DNA from: a virus
Strand: one strand, 5' to 3'
Length of the DNA stretch: 64,000 nucleotides
Virus record (IMG/VR): IMGVR_UViG_3300005573_000001
Each line of letters begins with the position of its first letter. Position 1 is the stretch's first letter. The notes under the pieces are model-generated. The model was not told the origin of the DNA, made no database searches, and saw only the letters and a program-made list of their open reading frames with translations. The translations under genes were made by a program, and so were the position numbers. This document shows, in pieces, positions 48,791-57,768 of the stretch.

Positions 48791-48979
48791 ATGGACGATA
48801 CAACTCCACTTGGTATCAGTCAAATATATGACGCCGCTACCGATACGACACAGGTCTCTTGGTCCTACTTAGAGGGTGCCAACATAGACTACTTTATCCT
48901 TGAATACTGGGACCAAGATAAAAATAGGTGGGTACCATACGACGGCCGTATGGGAATCATAAGGGTGGATAATGGATGA
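48791..48979 (+). CDS. Small acidic beta-rich protein (FnIII-fragment-like)
   Basis: SD AAGGAGG. VSWSY...YFILEYW pattern. ATGA overlap with the next gene. Confidence 0.55.
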   Translation: MDDTTPLGISQIYDAATDTTQVSWSYLEGANIDYFILEYWDQDKNRWVPYDGRMGIIRVDNG

Positions 48980-51900
48980 GCAACTATCCTCAGGCGATAG
49001 ACCAATTTGTAGTACAGGTAAATGATGAATATGATAGCCAAGGAAACCTAACAGCACAAGGCACTATTATTGATGCCAACGACTATAACGCACACAGTAG
49101 GGCTATTGTATCTATAGAATCAGTACTTGGCGTAAATCCAAACGGGGGTTCCACCAACGTTGCCGCGCGCCTCAGCAATATAGAGGAAGAGATCAGCAGC
49201 ATAGGCGAAGCAATCAGTGATATAGAGGAAGAGCTTGAGTCTTATTCCGGGGGCTGGGAACCGCCGGGCAGCATTATCGCTGCTATCAACGCAAGCAACG
49301 AAGAGACTACGATAAGTGTTAGTAAGGTATCCAACTACACCGTCAGCGATTCAGCCAAACTGAAGGGTGCCGTCGAAAAACTGTTCTCACATGACGCCAA
49401 CGACACCAACTTCGTAACAACAATAAATCCAACAAATCTATATCCCAAAGTAGCAGACGTGCTTGCCATAGATAAGGGCGCTAGTAACCCCCTTTATATC
49501 CCAAGGGTTCAGACCGACCGTATAACCGCAAGCAGCGAAGCGGCCGGACTGCTGTCTACAGATCTTATCAACATCATCAACGCCCAAGTAGGCGAAGCGC
49601 GCATCCTTAAAGGAGCGATAGGCGTACTTGATGTTAACAACCTGGGAGCCGGCTGTGTACATGCGGCACAGCTGGCTACCGGCATAATAACATCAGACAA
49701 GCTTACTATAGGATTAGCCCGCGGCTACGAACAATGGATATTCACATACAGAGTTATAAATAATACAAACGTCACTCTTAGTAGGCAGCTCTTGCTCGGG
49801 AAGGTGTGCACCGGGACTTCCGTAATCAGTGCCGATACAACGTCTCTGCCATTACACCAGTATATTACAAGGGTAGGCGGGTATATACCTAACCATATCG
49901 GTATGGTAACTACGTATATGGTAACCAGCGCCAGTACGACCTTTGGATGGTCGCTAACTTTGCCTGGACAGGGTTACCTATACATTAATGGGGTAGCCAC
50001 GTCGGAAACCCCTAGTAACACAATTAATGCTACTGTCAATCTTAACCAAGGCATAAACCTGGTACAAATCCTATATCTCGGATTAGAAACCAATGCTACA
50101 GAGTTTCTATTAAGTACTACACCTCGTATAACAGCAAAGGAAAATGTCCTCGATCCAGAGGACGAAAACAACACTGTACAATACTACTCGATAGATAATC
50201 TCGAGTATATAGACTGTTATGTTAACGAATCTGTCAGTATAGAGGGAGACACCATTAATGTCGGTGACAACATTAGTCTCAGTTCTACAGAGGGCATTAG
50301 TATCTTCGGCGGGTATGGCGTAAAAGTACACAATAGTGGGCATATCTGGATAGAGGACGGAGCACTCGACATAGTAGAAAGGATTGACGACTTATACATA
50401 AGCCGCATCTCAATAGGTAACATCGGACTCGACGCCGCCAGCACGGATGACACGGGTATGGTACTTACAACCAGCAGCAATAAGACTGTACGGCTTGATA
50501 AGGATGGAATCACGTCTCCAGGGTTTAGAATAGGCACAGACGGATATACGTATCTCGACAAGGCATATGCCAACAATATAACTGTCAATGGCTTAGTCAC
50601 CATAGGTAATATACTCATCAGCGGCGGAAGCACTAATCTGCTTAGCGATAACATTACTGACACATACCAAACTATCAATATAACGCCATACATATACTAT
50701 ACATTCAGCTGTACTAGTGTCAGTATGCCTATGGCATACAACATAGTGTATATACAGTTCTTAGATAACAATGATACCAATATAACAAGTACGGTACGCG
50801 TGGACAAGATCGAGGCACCGAATAGCACAAGGCTCTACGATGCAACGGCGGAAGCAATTACGATGCGGTCGAGCAAGGCACCGCAATTCTCGTTCAAGGG
50901 AGTTAACGCCTCTAAGATATCAATAAAGATCGTTTGTTATGATAACCAAAGTCCGCCGGAGGCCATATCCAACGCATATGCGGAAAACTCAATGTTAGCC
51001 CCATATGCTATGCCACACGAGTATATAACGTATGGAGCGCAACAGCCCAGCTATATAATGAGCGCAGACTACCAGCCTAACTACACAGGGTGGTATATAT
51101 CGGAATCTGGCAATGCCGAATTTAACAACGCTAAAATCCGTGGTGCCCTGTATAGCTCAATATTTATCAAAGAACAGATACAGGCTACCGACGGTACGTT
51201 ATACGTAAGACCGGCAGGGATACTATACGAGACGACAAGTCTCAACATTAGTCAAACGGGCGCGGAAATTAAGATACGTAAGCACTACACTACTGAGGTT
51301 ATCGCCTTTAGTGTAGACGACTACCTGCAAATCAAGGCGGCTAATAGAGACGGTACAGGGTACGTTACTGCCTTACTGCAGGTAACCTCGGTTGGGGAAG
51401 CAACCCCTGACTATGCGCCATTCACTGTCGACGTAATAGAAATAATAGGAGATAACATGATTGCCCTCGAAACGGGTAACGTTGTACTTAACGTAGGACA
51501 ACCCGGGGAAGGCGGCATCGTAATATCTTCCGATGTATCTAGAGGAAACAGGAATGTACCGGCTATAGAAATCTATAGCTTCGACTCGATAGACGAAAGC
51601 AACACAATACAGTATACTGTAAAGACGCGCATAGGTAACCTTACGGGTATAGTCGGCTCACCAGATACTTTCGGAAGAGACTTTCCATTCACGGGCTACG
51701 GCTTATATGCAGAGAACGCCTACCTATCCGGCACAGTAGCCCTGCCTAATGCAGGTATAACAGGTATAGGAAACTCGCCTAACTCTGTAAGGATGTGGGC
51801 GGGCGCTTCGTTGCCTGAAGTACTGTCAGATCCTACGCTGGCTCCATTCCGTGTCCTACAGGACGGAACCCTATATGCAACCAACGGGCACTTCGAGGGT

Positions 51901-52974
51901 AAGTTCTATGTAAACAGGAAAGTGGACAGCACTTATGAGAACGTCCTTACCATAAACGAGGATGGCATCACAATGGCATATGGCAAGTTACAACTAGACC
52001 TGGATACAACCGACTCCGTACCGCCATACTTCTTCATCTCAGGCCAAGACGCCATAACAGAAGACTTAAGGATTACCTATCCAGCTGGAGCAAGCCGTCC
52101 CCTTTTCCCTATAGACCTTACCTTAGAGTACAGAGTAACTTATAATGAGGAGGAACTGACCGAAGGCGAAGACTACGAGATACAAGACCAGCAGTGGGTG
52201 TACGTATTAGACCCTGACCCAGAAGGATCATACAAGATAACGTATCACCCAAAAGATAAAAACGACAGGATCATCCTTAAGAGCCTGCATGTATTTAACG
52301 AAGAACAGTTGGATGACGACTTCATTAGTGCCGAGTCTGTACATATTGAAGGTACACGTTTAATCGGCAGGAGAGATATATACGATGAAGTCCTTACGCG
52401 CCTCACACCGGCAGACATAGGTACCGCTGACAGTACCAAGCTCAACGTGGAACGCGCCCGTATTCGAGAGCGGATGGTAAGACAAAACTATGCTGGGAAT
52501 ATAATTGACTTAAGGCACAGCTATACGGTAAATGGTAAGACATATGAGGATGGTATAGGCATATTGCTCGAGCCAGGCTTCGGGGATCTTGCAATAGGTG
52601 TACACACCGGGGATATACCTGGCACACCCTCTATTGTGACGGAGCTGCCTTGGTGGCTGGACGAGTTAGTACACGTCCATATATATGGGGATCTTAGTGT
52701 CAATGAAATAACTGGGACCAGCATCAATGCGGATAACATCACCGTACAGGATATTCATGCCCTAACAATAGGTTCGGAGTACCCAGTAACATCTATAACT
52801 GCCCAGGAAATAAACACTGACACACAAGTTTCAGTGAATGAGACCGTTACAAACTTAAGTGCAGACCATGCCAGCATAAACCAAGCTAGTATAACAACGC
52901 TCTTCCTAGGTAATGCATCAATATACGAGCACACAGTATCAGGCATCAATGTGCTAACCATATTTGAAATCTAG
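48976..52974 (+). CDS. Long tail fibre / host-specificity protein
   Basis: N-terminal anchor shared with 37051, coiled coil, ITSDKL repeats, SADY..TGWYI..SGNAEFNNAKIRG and APFRV.QDG motifs common in phage tail fibres. Confidence 0.7.
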   Translation: MSNYPQAIDQFVVQVNDEYDSQGNLTAQGTIIDANDYNAHSRAIVSIESVLGVNPNGGSTNVAARLSNIEEEISSIGEAISDIEEELESYSGGWEPPGSIIAAINASNEETTISVSKVSNYTVSDSAKLKGAVEKLFSHDANDTNFVTTINPTNLYPKVADVLAIDKGASNPLYIPRVQTDRITASSEAAGLLSTDLINIINAQVGEARILKGAIGVLDVNNLGAGCVHAAQLATGIITSDKLTIGLARGYEQWIFTYRVINNTNVTLSRQLLLGKVCTGTSVISADTTSLPLHQYITRVGGYIPNHIGMVTTYMVTSASTTFGWSLTLPGQGYLYINGVATSETPSNTINATVNLNQGINLVQILYLGLETNATEFLLSTTPRITAKENVLDPEDENNTVQYYSIDNLEYIDCYVNESVSIEGDTINVGDNISLSSTEGISIFGGYGVKVHNSGHIWIEDGALDIVERIDDLYISRISIGNIGLDAASTDDTGMVLTTSSNKTVRLDKDGITSPGFRIGTDGYTYLDKAYANNITVNGLVTIGNILISGGSTNLLSDNITDTYQTINITPYIYYTFSCTSVSMPMAYNIVYIQFLDNNDTNITSTVRVDKIEAPNSTRLYDATAEAITMRSSKAPQFSFKGVNASKISIKIVCYDNQSPPEAISNAYAENSMLAPYAMPHEYITYGAQQPSYIMSADYQPNYTGWYISESGNAEFNNAKIRGALYSSIFIKEQIQATDGTLYVRPAGILYETTSLNISQTGAEIKIRKHYTTEVIAFSVDDYLQIKAANRDGTGYVTALLQVTSVGEATPDYAPFTVDVIEIIGDNMIALETGNVVLNVGQPGEGGIVISSDVSRGNRNVPAIEIYSFDSIDESNTIQYTVKTRIGNLTGIVGSPDTFGRDFPFTGYGLYAENAYLSGTVALPNAGITGIGNSPNSVRMWAGASLPEVLSDPTLAPFRVLQDGTLYATNGHFEGKFYVNRKVDSTYENVLTINEDGITMAYGKLQLDLDTTDSVPPYFFISGQDAITEDLRITYPAGASRPLFPIDLTLEYRVTYNEEELTEGEDYEIQDQQWVYVLDPDPEGSYKITYHPKDKNDRIILKSLHVFNEEQLDDDFISAESVHIEGTRLIGRRDIYDEVLTRLTPADIGTADSTKLNVERARIRERMVRQNYAGNIIDLRHSYTVNGKTYEDGIGILLEPGFGDLAIGVHTGDIPGTPSIVTELPWWLDELVHVHIYGDLSVNEITGTSINADNITVQDIHALTIGSEYPVTSITAQEINTDTQVSVNETVTNLSADHASINQASITTLFLGNASIYEHTVSGINVLTIFEI

Positions 52975-52982
52975 GTGATAAG

Positions 52983-55900
52983 ATGGCAACTACCACACTA
53001 TACGCAACCATGGGTGCCCGCCCATGGGCATACCATCCAGATACCGCATATAACTACGATTATCAAACCGCGGGAGAGAACAGCGGCGGCTATGCATATG
53101 AGTCGTTCGTTATGTTCGACATAAGCTCGTTATGTGGCGTCATAAACTCCGCAACACTTATCCTTACACAATTCGACAGTGATGATGACTGGTTAGTCCC
53201 AACGGTTACATGGGAGGCGTTTGTACCCTGCTTAACAAGCAATCCCAGCGCGACAAATATATGGAACTCTTCAACAACATGGAATAGCAGACCTACTGGC
53301 AGAGCGTCTGCAAGTGCATACTGTACATTCAATAACGCTATAAGTACCGGTATTAGGTTTAATGTAACTGACATACTACAAGATGTTGTAGATGGGCTCA
53401 TAGTGTGGAACGGTTTTAGAATACGCTACACCGGTACATCCTCATCTACTGCTAAATACTTCAGGTCACCTACGTATAGCACCACATCGGCTAGGCCAAA
53501 ACTAGTCATAGACTACACGCCAATTCCCGATCCTCCTGGCACTGTCAGTGCCATAGGGGATATTAGTAGTACTTATGCAGAACAACACATAACCTACTCC
53601 TGGCAAACGTTTTACAACCCTGGGGTCATAGTACGCAGCAGATGTTATTACAGCAACGGTACGTTATTTAGTACATCAACTACTACCGTAACTGAGCAGG
53701 ATCCACAACAAAGAAGCATTGACATATCGAGCGCAGCTCGTGGATCAACATTCTACATAGTCATAGACGCTACGTACAACCAGACTCAGTATAGCACGGC
53801 AAGCACTACCAATACCGTTACGCGCAACTACCAGCCAACAACTCCCAGCGCTCCGGTATTAGCTAACTCCAATGCAGATGGGAGCGTAACAAATAGCACT
53901 GCGGAAGCGGAAAGCTATGTCAATGTAACGTGGAACGCTTGTACAGACGCCGGAGGCGGGACGCTTAGCTATAGACTATACCGTAAGGTAGGAAGTGGCT
54001 CCTATACGCAGATATATAGCGGTACTGCGTGCAGCTATATAGACAACGTATCGAGTGATACCAACTTCCCTCGTGGCTCCACCATATACTATTACGTCGT
54101 GGCAACCGATGGCTATGTAAGTTCCGCCAATGGATCAGTAGCGACTATACTCAGAAACTCGCTACCGGAAATTCCGGCCCCTACGTTTACCACCACGGGT
54201 AATCCAGCTTACAGTATAATATCAGACACATATAACTATATCCACCCAGGTAACAACGTTACAATAGCATGGGATGCCCCGACAGATGCCGCCACATATA
54301 CGCTAACGCAGTACTTCTACAACGGAAGTACAACAACATCAACCACGCCGATTCAAAACCAGAACACTAGAACATACAACCTTCCCGTAAGCAACCTTAC
54401 GGACGGACAATATTACTACGTAACTATAGTAGCAATAGACGCCTTAGGGGCAGTAAGTTCTACATATACAAGCACTAGGTTCTACCGCGAACCGGTGCTT
54501 GCTGCGCCGACAATATCTAGTATAGGTAGCTATACGGGAATATCCCCATACAAAATATTCAGAAACACGTCATATGTAATTACATGGTCACAGTCTGCCA
54601 CTAACCTAAGTAGCCACAATAACTTGCAATATAAGATAGAGGTAGTAGACCAAACAGAACAGAGTCCTTTATCCCCATATGCAATACGAAACTATGCCAG
54701 CGCATCCACACTATCATACTCATACGACTTCAGCAACCTGCCGTCAAGCTGGCAAGGGCGGCAAGTTAAGGTCAAGATATATACGATGCATGGCGTATGG
54801 GGAGACGTTACTAGTGTAACGAGCACCGACACATATATAGTAGACACTAGGGCGGCAGCAACAAGCCCTGTAGCAATCAACAGAACAGGTAGTACATATG
54901 AAAGATACCGGCAGAATCTGAGTTGGACCGCCAGTACATGTTCCGGTGTAACAAATATGTACTACCAGATAAAGATATGGGTTGATGGAACTCCTACGAC
55001 TATAACGTCCGTACAAACCGGCACCAGCAAAACAGACTACTACCTGCCGTACGTCAGTACTAATACTCTCGCATACTTCACTATTCAGGCTATTCCAGAC
55101 GACGAGGCAGGCGGCTGTATTCCTGGGACGTCAACACATGCTTCCTACTTAGACAGCCCTATTGTGGCAAGCAGTCAATTTACAATCGTCAATCGTACGC
55201 TTCCGACACATACAATATCCTTCGCTAATCGCGGGGTAAGTCAGAGTGGGAACGACGAAATCAATAGCGTGACCGTCAATGTCGCATGGAACGTAGCCGG
55301 CGGATACATAATGAGCAATTACGTAGCCGGTAATCCAAACCATGGAGTCAGGTGGCGGCTAAAGTGGCGCATCAACGGTACTACGACGTACTACAACCCG
55401 ACATCATATATAGGACTGACCGCAGTAAACGGTTACATAGAGACGGTGCCTACAAGCTCTCCAGTAACATTCACTATTACCGACACTGGTGGGACTAACG
55501 GATATAAGACGCAGCAGCTTGACATTATAATGGAGGTCGAGTACACTTACCTGCTGCAGGATGATGGCATAACATGGGAATCGATCTCTAGTACCATAAC
55601 CAGTGGCACAGCAGTAAATACGCCACTAACCATTCCGGCTGCCTCGGTTCCAATCAACATAACCAGATACGGACTCGGAATTAATACGACGGTAGCAGAC
55701 GACAGTTACGTATGCAAGGTCGCTGGCAATATGCAGCTCATAGGCGCTGATATATATGACGACAACGGCCAAAGAAAGTATCAGCCATACGGCAACGAAC
55801 TGGCCGCGCTTCAGAACCTTGCCGACACAGCCGGTTTCGTAAAGAAAACCAGTGATGGTGCCTACTCTATAGACACCACTACGTATATTTCCACAAGCGC

Positions 55901-56471
55901 CCTATCAAGTCTTATGCTTGCAATGTACCCAGTAGGATCGATATATATATCCGTATCAAGCACGTCGCCGGCCGTGTTGTTTGGCGGCGTATGGTCGGCT
56001 TTCGGCGCGGGCAGAGTACTGGTGGGATATGACAGCGGCGATTCGGATTTTAATACCGCAGAGAAAATCGGCGGAGAAAAGACGCATACGCTGACTACGG
56101 CCGAGATGCCAAGTCATACGCACACGCAGAACGCGCATACGCACACGCAGAACGCGCATACGCACACGCAGGACGCGCATACGCATGGACCTGGAACCCT
56201 GGCAGGGTATTACAAGATGCGCGATACCGACGATTCGGGTACTGCCGTGTGGGGCAGCGAGGCGTTCCTATATTCTGCTTTCGATACAAATAGTACTGCC
56301 GGAGCTGTAGTAATTAACAGCGGTACTACGGCAAGCGCCACGGCCACGAACCAGAGCGCCACGGCCACAAACCAGAGCGCCACGGCCACGAACCAGAGCG
56401 CAGGCGGCGGAGACGCGCATAATAACCTACAGCCCTATATTACGGTATATATGTGGAAAAGGACGGCATAA
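52983..56471 (+). CDS. Tail fibre/receptor-binding protein: DNRLRE-like N-terminus, FnIII-like repeats, collar and HxH needle tip
   Basis: ESFVMFDISSL...SATLIL...TTWNSRP...RPKLVIDY; several Trp/Tyr FnIII-like units; C-terminal YPVGSIYIS...GRVLVG...GGEKTHTLT..EMPSHTH...HNNLQPYITVYMWKRTA. Confidence 0.8.
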   Translation: MATTTLYATMGARPWAYHPDTAYNYDYQTAGENSGGYAYESFVMFDISSLCGVINSATLILTQFDSDDDWLVPTVTWEAFVPCLTSNPSATNIWNSSTTWNSRPTGRASASAYCTFNNAISTGIRFNVTDILQDVVDGLIVWNGFRIRYTGTSSSTAKYFRSPTYSTTSARPKLVIDYTPIPDPPGTVSAIGDISSTYAEQHITYSWQTFYNPGVIVRSRCYYSNGTLFSTSTTTVTEQDPQQRSIDISSAARGSTFYIVIDATYNQTQYSTASTTNTVTRNYQPTTPSAPVLANSNADGSVTNSTAEAESYVNVTWNACTDAGGGTLSYRLYRKVGSGSYTQIYSGTACSYIDNVSSDTNFPRGSTIYYYVVATDGYVSSANGSVATILRNSLPEIPAPTFTTTGNPAYSIISDTYNYIHPGNNVTIAWDAPTDAATYTLTQYFYNGSTTTSTTPIQNQNTRTYNLPVSNLTDGQYYYVTIVAIDALGAVSSTYTSTRFYREPVLAAPTISSIGSYTGISPYKIFRNTSYVITWSQSATNLSSHNNLQYKIEVVDQTEQSPLSPYAIRNYASASTLSYSYDFSNLPSSWQGRQVKVKIYTMHGVWGDVTSVTSTDTYIVDTRAAATSPVAINRTGSTYERYRQNLSWTASTCSGVTNMYYQIKIWVDGTPTTITSVQTGTSKTDYYLPYVSTNTLAYFTIQAIPDDEAGGCIPGTSTHASYLDSPIVASSQFTIVNRTLPTHTISFANRGVSQSGNDEINSVTVNVAWNVAGGYIMSNYVAGNPNHGVRWRLKWRINGTTTYYNPTSYIGLTAVNGYIETVPTSSPVTFTITDTGGTNGYKTQQLDIIMEVEYTYLLQDDGITWESISSTITSGTAVNTPLTIPAASVPINITRYGLGINTTVADDSYVCKVAGNMQLIGADIYDDNGQRKYQPYGNELAALQNLADTAGFVKKTSDGAYSIDTTTYISTSALSSLMLAMYPVGSIYISVSSTSPAVLFGGVWSAFGAGRVLVGYDSGDSDFNTAEKIGGEKTHTLTTAEMPSHTHTQNAHTHTQNAHTHTQDAHTHGPGTLAGYYKMRDTDDSGTAVWGSEAFLYSAFDTNSTAGAVVINSGTTASATATNQSATATNQSATATNQSAGGGDAHNNLQPYITVYMWKRTA
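56115..56186 (+). repeat. 21-bp tandem repeat x3.4 encoding HTHTQNA
   Basis: CATACGCACACGCAGAACGCG twice, a third copy with one mismatch, then CATACGCAT. Confidence 0.97.
56334..56401 (+). repeat. 21-bp tandem repeat x3.2 encoding SATATNQ
   Basis: AGCGCCACGGCCACGAACCAG x3 (one synonymous mismatch in copy 2), then AGCGC. Confidence 0.97.
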
Positions 56472-56473
56472 CT

Positions 56474-56968
56474 ATGTTATATTACGCGGTTACTATTAAA
56501 GACAATATCATAACAGCGGTACATGAGAGTGCTTCGGTTATTACTTCCGACATGTTTGCCGGAACCGAGTACGAAGGTCAGGAGGTCATTACCGTGCCGG
56601 GCGGAGTGTATATTGAAGCCGGTCGACACGTACAGGAGTATACCTCTGACTGGGTACTTAAACCGTTAAGCCAGCGTGCCGCCGAAGGGTATTTTATAGT
56701 CCCCGACGGGTATGAGCTTGTTGGAGATGCGCTTATAAAAATGCCTGAGGAGACTCAAGAACCAACGCCGCCGACTCAGGAAGAACTCGATATGGCAAGG
56801 ATAGAGGAACTTAAGGCCTTACTTGATAACACAGACTACAGGATAATTAAATGTTACGAGTATTCCTTATTAGAATTGCCGCTTCCATATGACATACAGG
56901 CGCTGCATGAACAGCGCCAGTCATGGCGTGATGAAATAGACCAAATTAGAGAGATACACCAATGGTAA
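56474..56968 (+). CDS. Tail fibre assembly chaperone-like protein
   Basis: Follows the fibre gene. C-terminal LLDNTDYRIIK...RQSWRDEI is typical of fibre-adjacent chaperones. ATG at 56474 preferred over the overlapping GTG at 56453. Confidence 0.6.
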   Translation: MLYYAVTIKDNIITAVHESASVITSDMFAGTEYEGQEVITVPGGVYIEAGRHVQEYTSDWVLKPLSQRAAEGYFIVPDGYELVGDALIKMPEETQEPTPPTQEELDMARIEELKALLDNTDYRIIKCYEYSLLELPLPYDIQALHEQRQSWRDEIDQIREIHQW

Positions 56969-56976
56969 AATATATC

Positions 56977-57005
56977 TTGACAAACAGCAAGACTTATAGT
57001 ATCAT
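56977..57005 (+). promoter_or_regulatory. SigA/sigma70-type promoter
   Basis: TTGACA (56977-56982), 17 bp spacer, TATCAT (57000-57005), in one of the few intergenic gaps, with an AT-rich upstream region and SD TAAGGAG before ATG 57035. Confidence 0.7.
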
Positions 57006-57034
57006 ATAAGTAATATCAATATAAGGAGCAGAAA

Positions 57035-57436
57035 ATGATTATAGTTAAGGGAAGACAAATAGAACCTATCGTAAGGGCACTTACAGAGATTATGACAAAT
57101 AAGAGCATACGCCTTAGCGGGAAAACGGCATTAAAGTTGCTCAAGATAGACCATAAGCTCAGGAACGAGTTTGACGACATTGAAAAGGTACGGTGGCAGT
57201 TGCTTGAAAAGTACGGGAACAAGAAAGACGATCAGTCCCTAGAAGTAGATAATAATGGGTCTGTAGTCTTTACAGAAGAGAATCGTGCGGCGTTCTCTAT
57301 GGAATATGGAACTATACTATCCTCCGATATAGAGATAGACACCCCAAAGATCACAGAAGATGAGCTGGACGGAATTCAAGGCGTCACCCCCGCAACTATC
57401 GCCATTCTAGAACCACTTATAGACATTAAGTACTAA
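57035..57436 (+). CDS. Small helical phage protein (DUF1617-like)
   Basis: 133 aa. KTALKL....RWQLLEKYG.K....F..EY..IL..DIEI..PKI..DEL...TPA.IA.L resembles DUF1617-type proteins found near fibre genes. Confidence 0.5.
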   Translation: MIIVKGRQIEPIVRALTEIMTNKSIRLSGKTALKLLKIDHKLRNEFDDIEKVRWQLLEKYGNKKDDQSLEVDNNGSVVFTEENRAAFSMEYGTILSSDIEIDTPKITEDELDGIQGVTPATIAILEPLIDIKY

Positions 57437-57446
57437 GGAATATCAG

Positions 57447-57758
57447 ATGGACGACTACATAAAGTATGGCACAGTACGTTACGGTAGTAACCGCTTCCAC
57501 CAGCGTATTCTTAAGGCCGTTCCACAAGTCGTCAGACGAAATGTAAAGTATAGGTTAACTACAGTAGGAAGCACAACGACAAGTATCATTAATACATGGA
57601 CAACTATCCCTGGCAGGGTAAGCCGGGTGCGCATCAACGGCGTAATCAGTCAAGCAGTCACAATCAACGGACAAATAGGTCCTCTCAGATTAAGGGCAGT
57701 CAGCAACGCAAACGAATCAAAGGCAGTCCTTTCAACAGTAAACATCCTAACCAGATAG
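57447..57758 (+). CDS. Small basic beta-rich protein, probably structural
   Basis: 103 aa, KYG..RYG N-terminus like that of 38133, operon-coupled. Confidence 0.5.
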   Translation: MDDYIKYGTVRYGSNRFHQRILKAVPQVVRRNVKYRLTTVGSTTTSIINTWTTIPGRVSRVRINGVISQAVTINGQIGPLRLRAVSNANESKAVLSTVNILTR

Positions 57759-57768
57759 GTGAAAATCA

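Noticed and set aside
48791-48979. Holin next to the endolysin
   Set aside because: Acidic and aromatic sequence with no transmembrane helix.
56115-56401. CRISPR array or DGR variable repeat at the fibre tip
   Set aside because: Repeats are contiguous in-frame coding units without spacers. No reverse transcriptase or adenine-variant template repeat was seen in the window.
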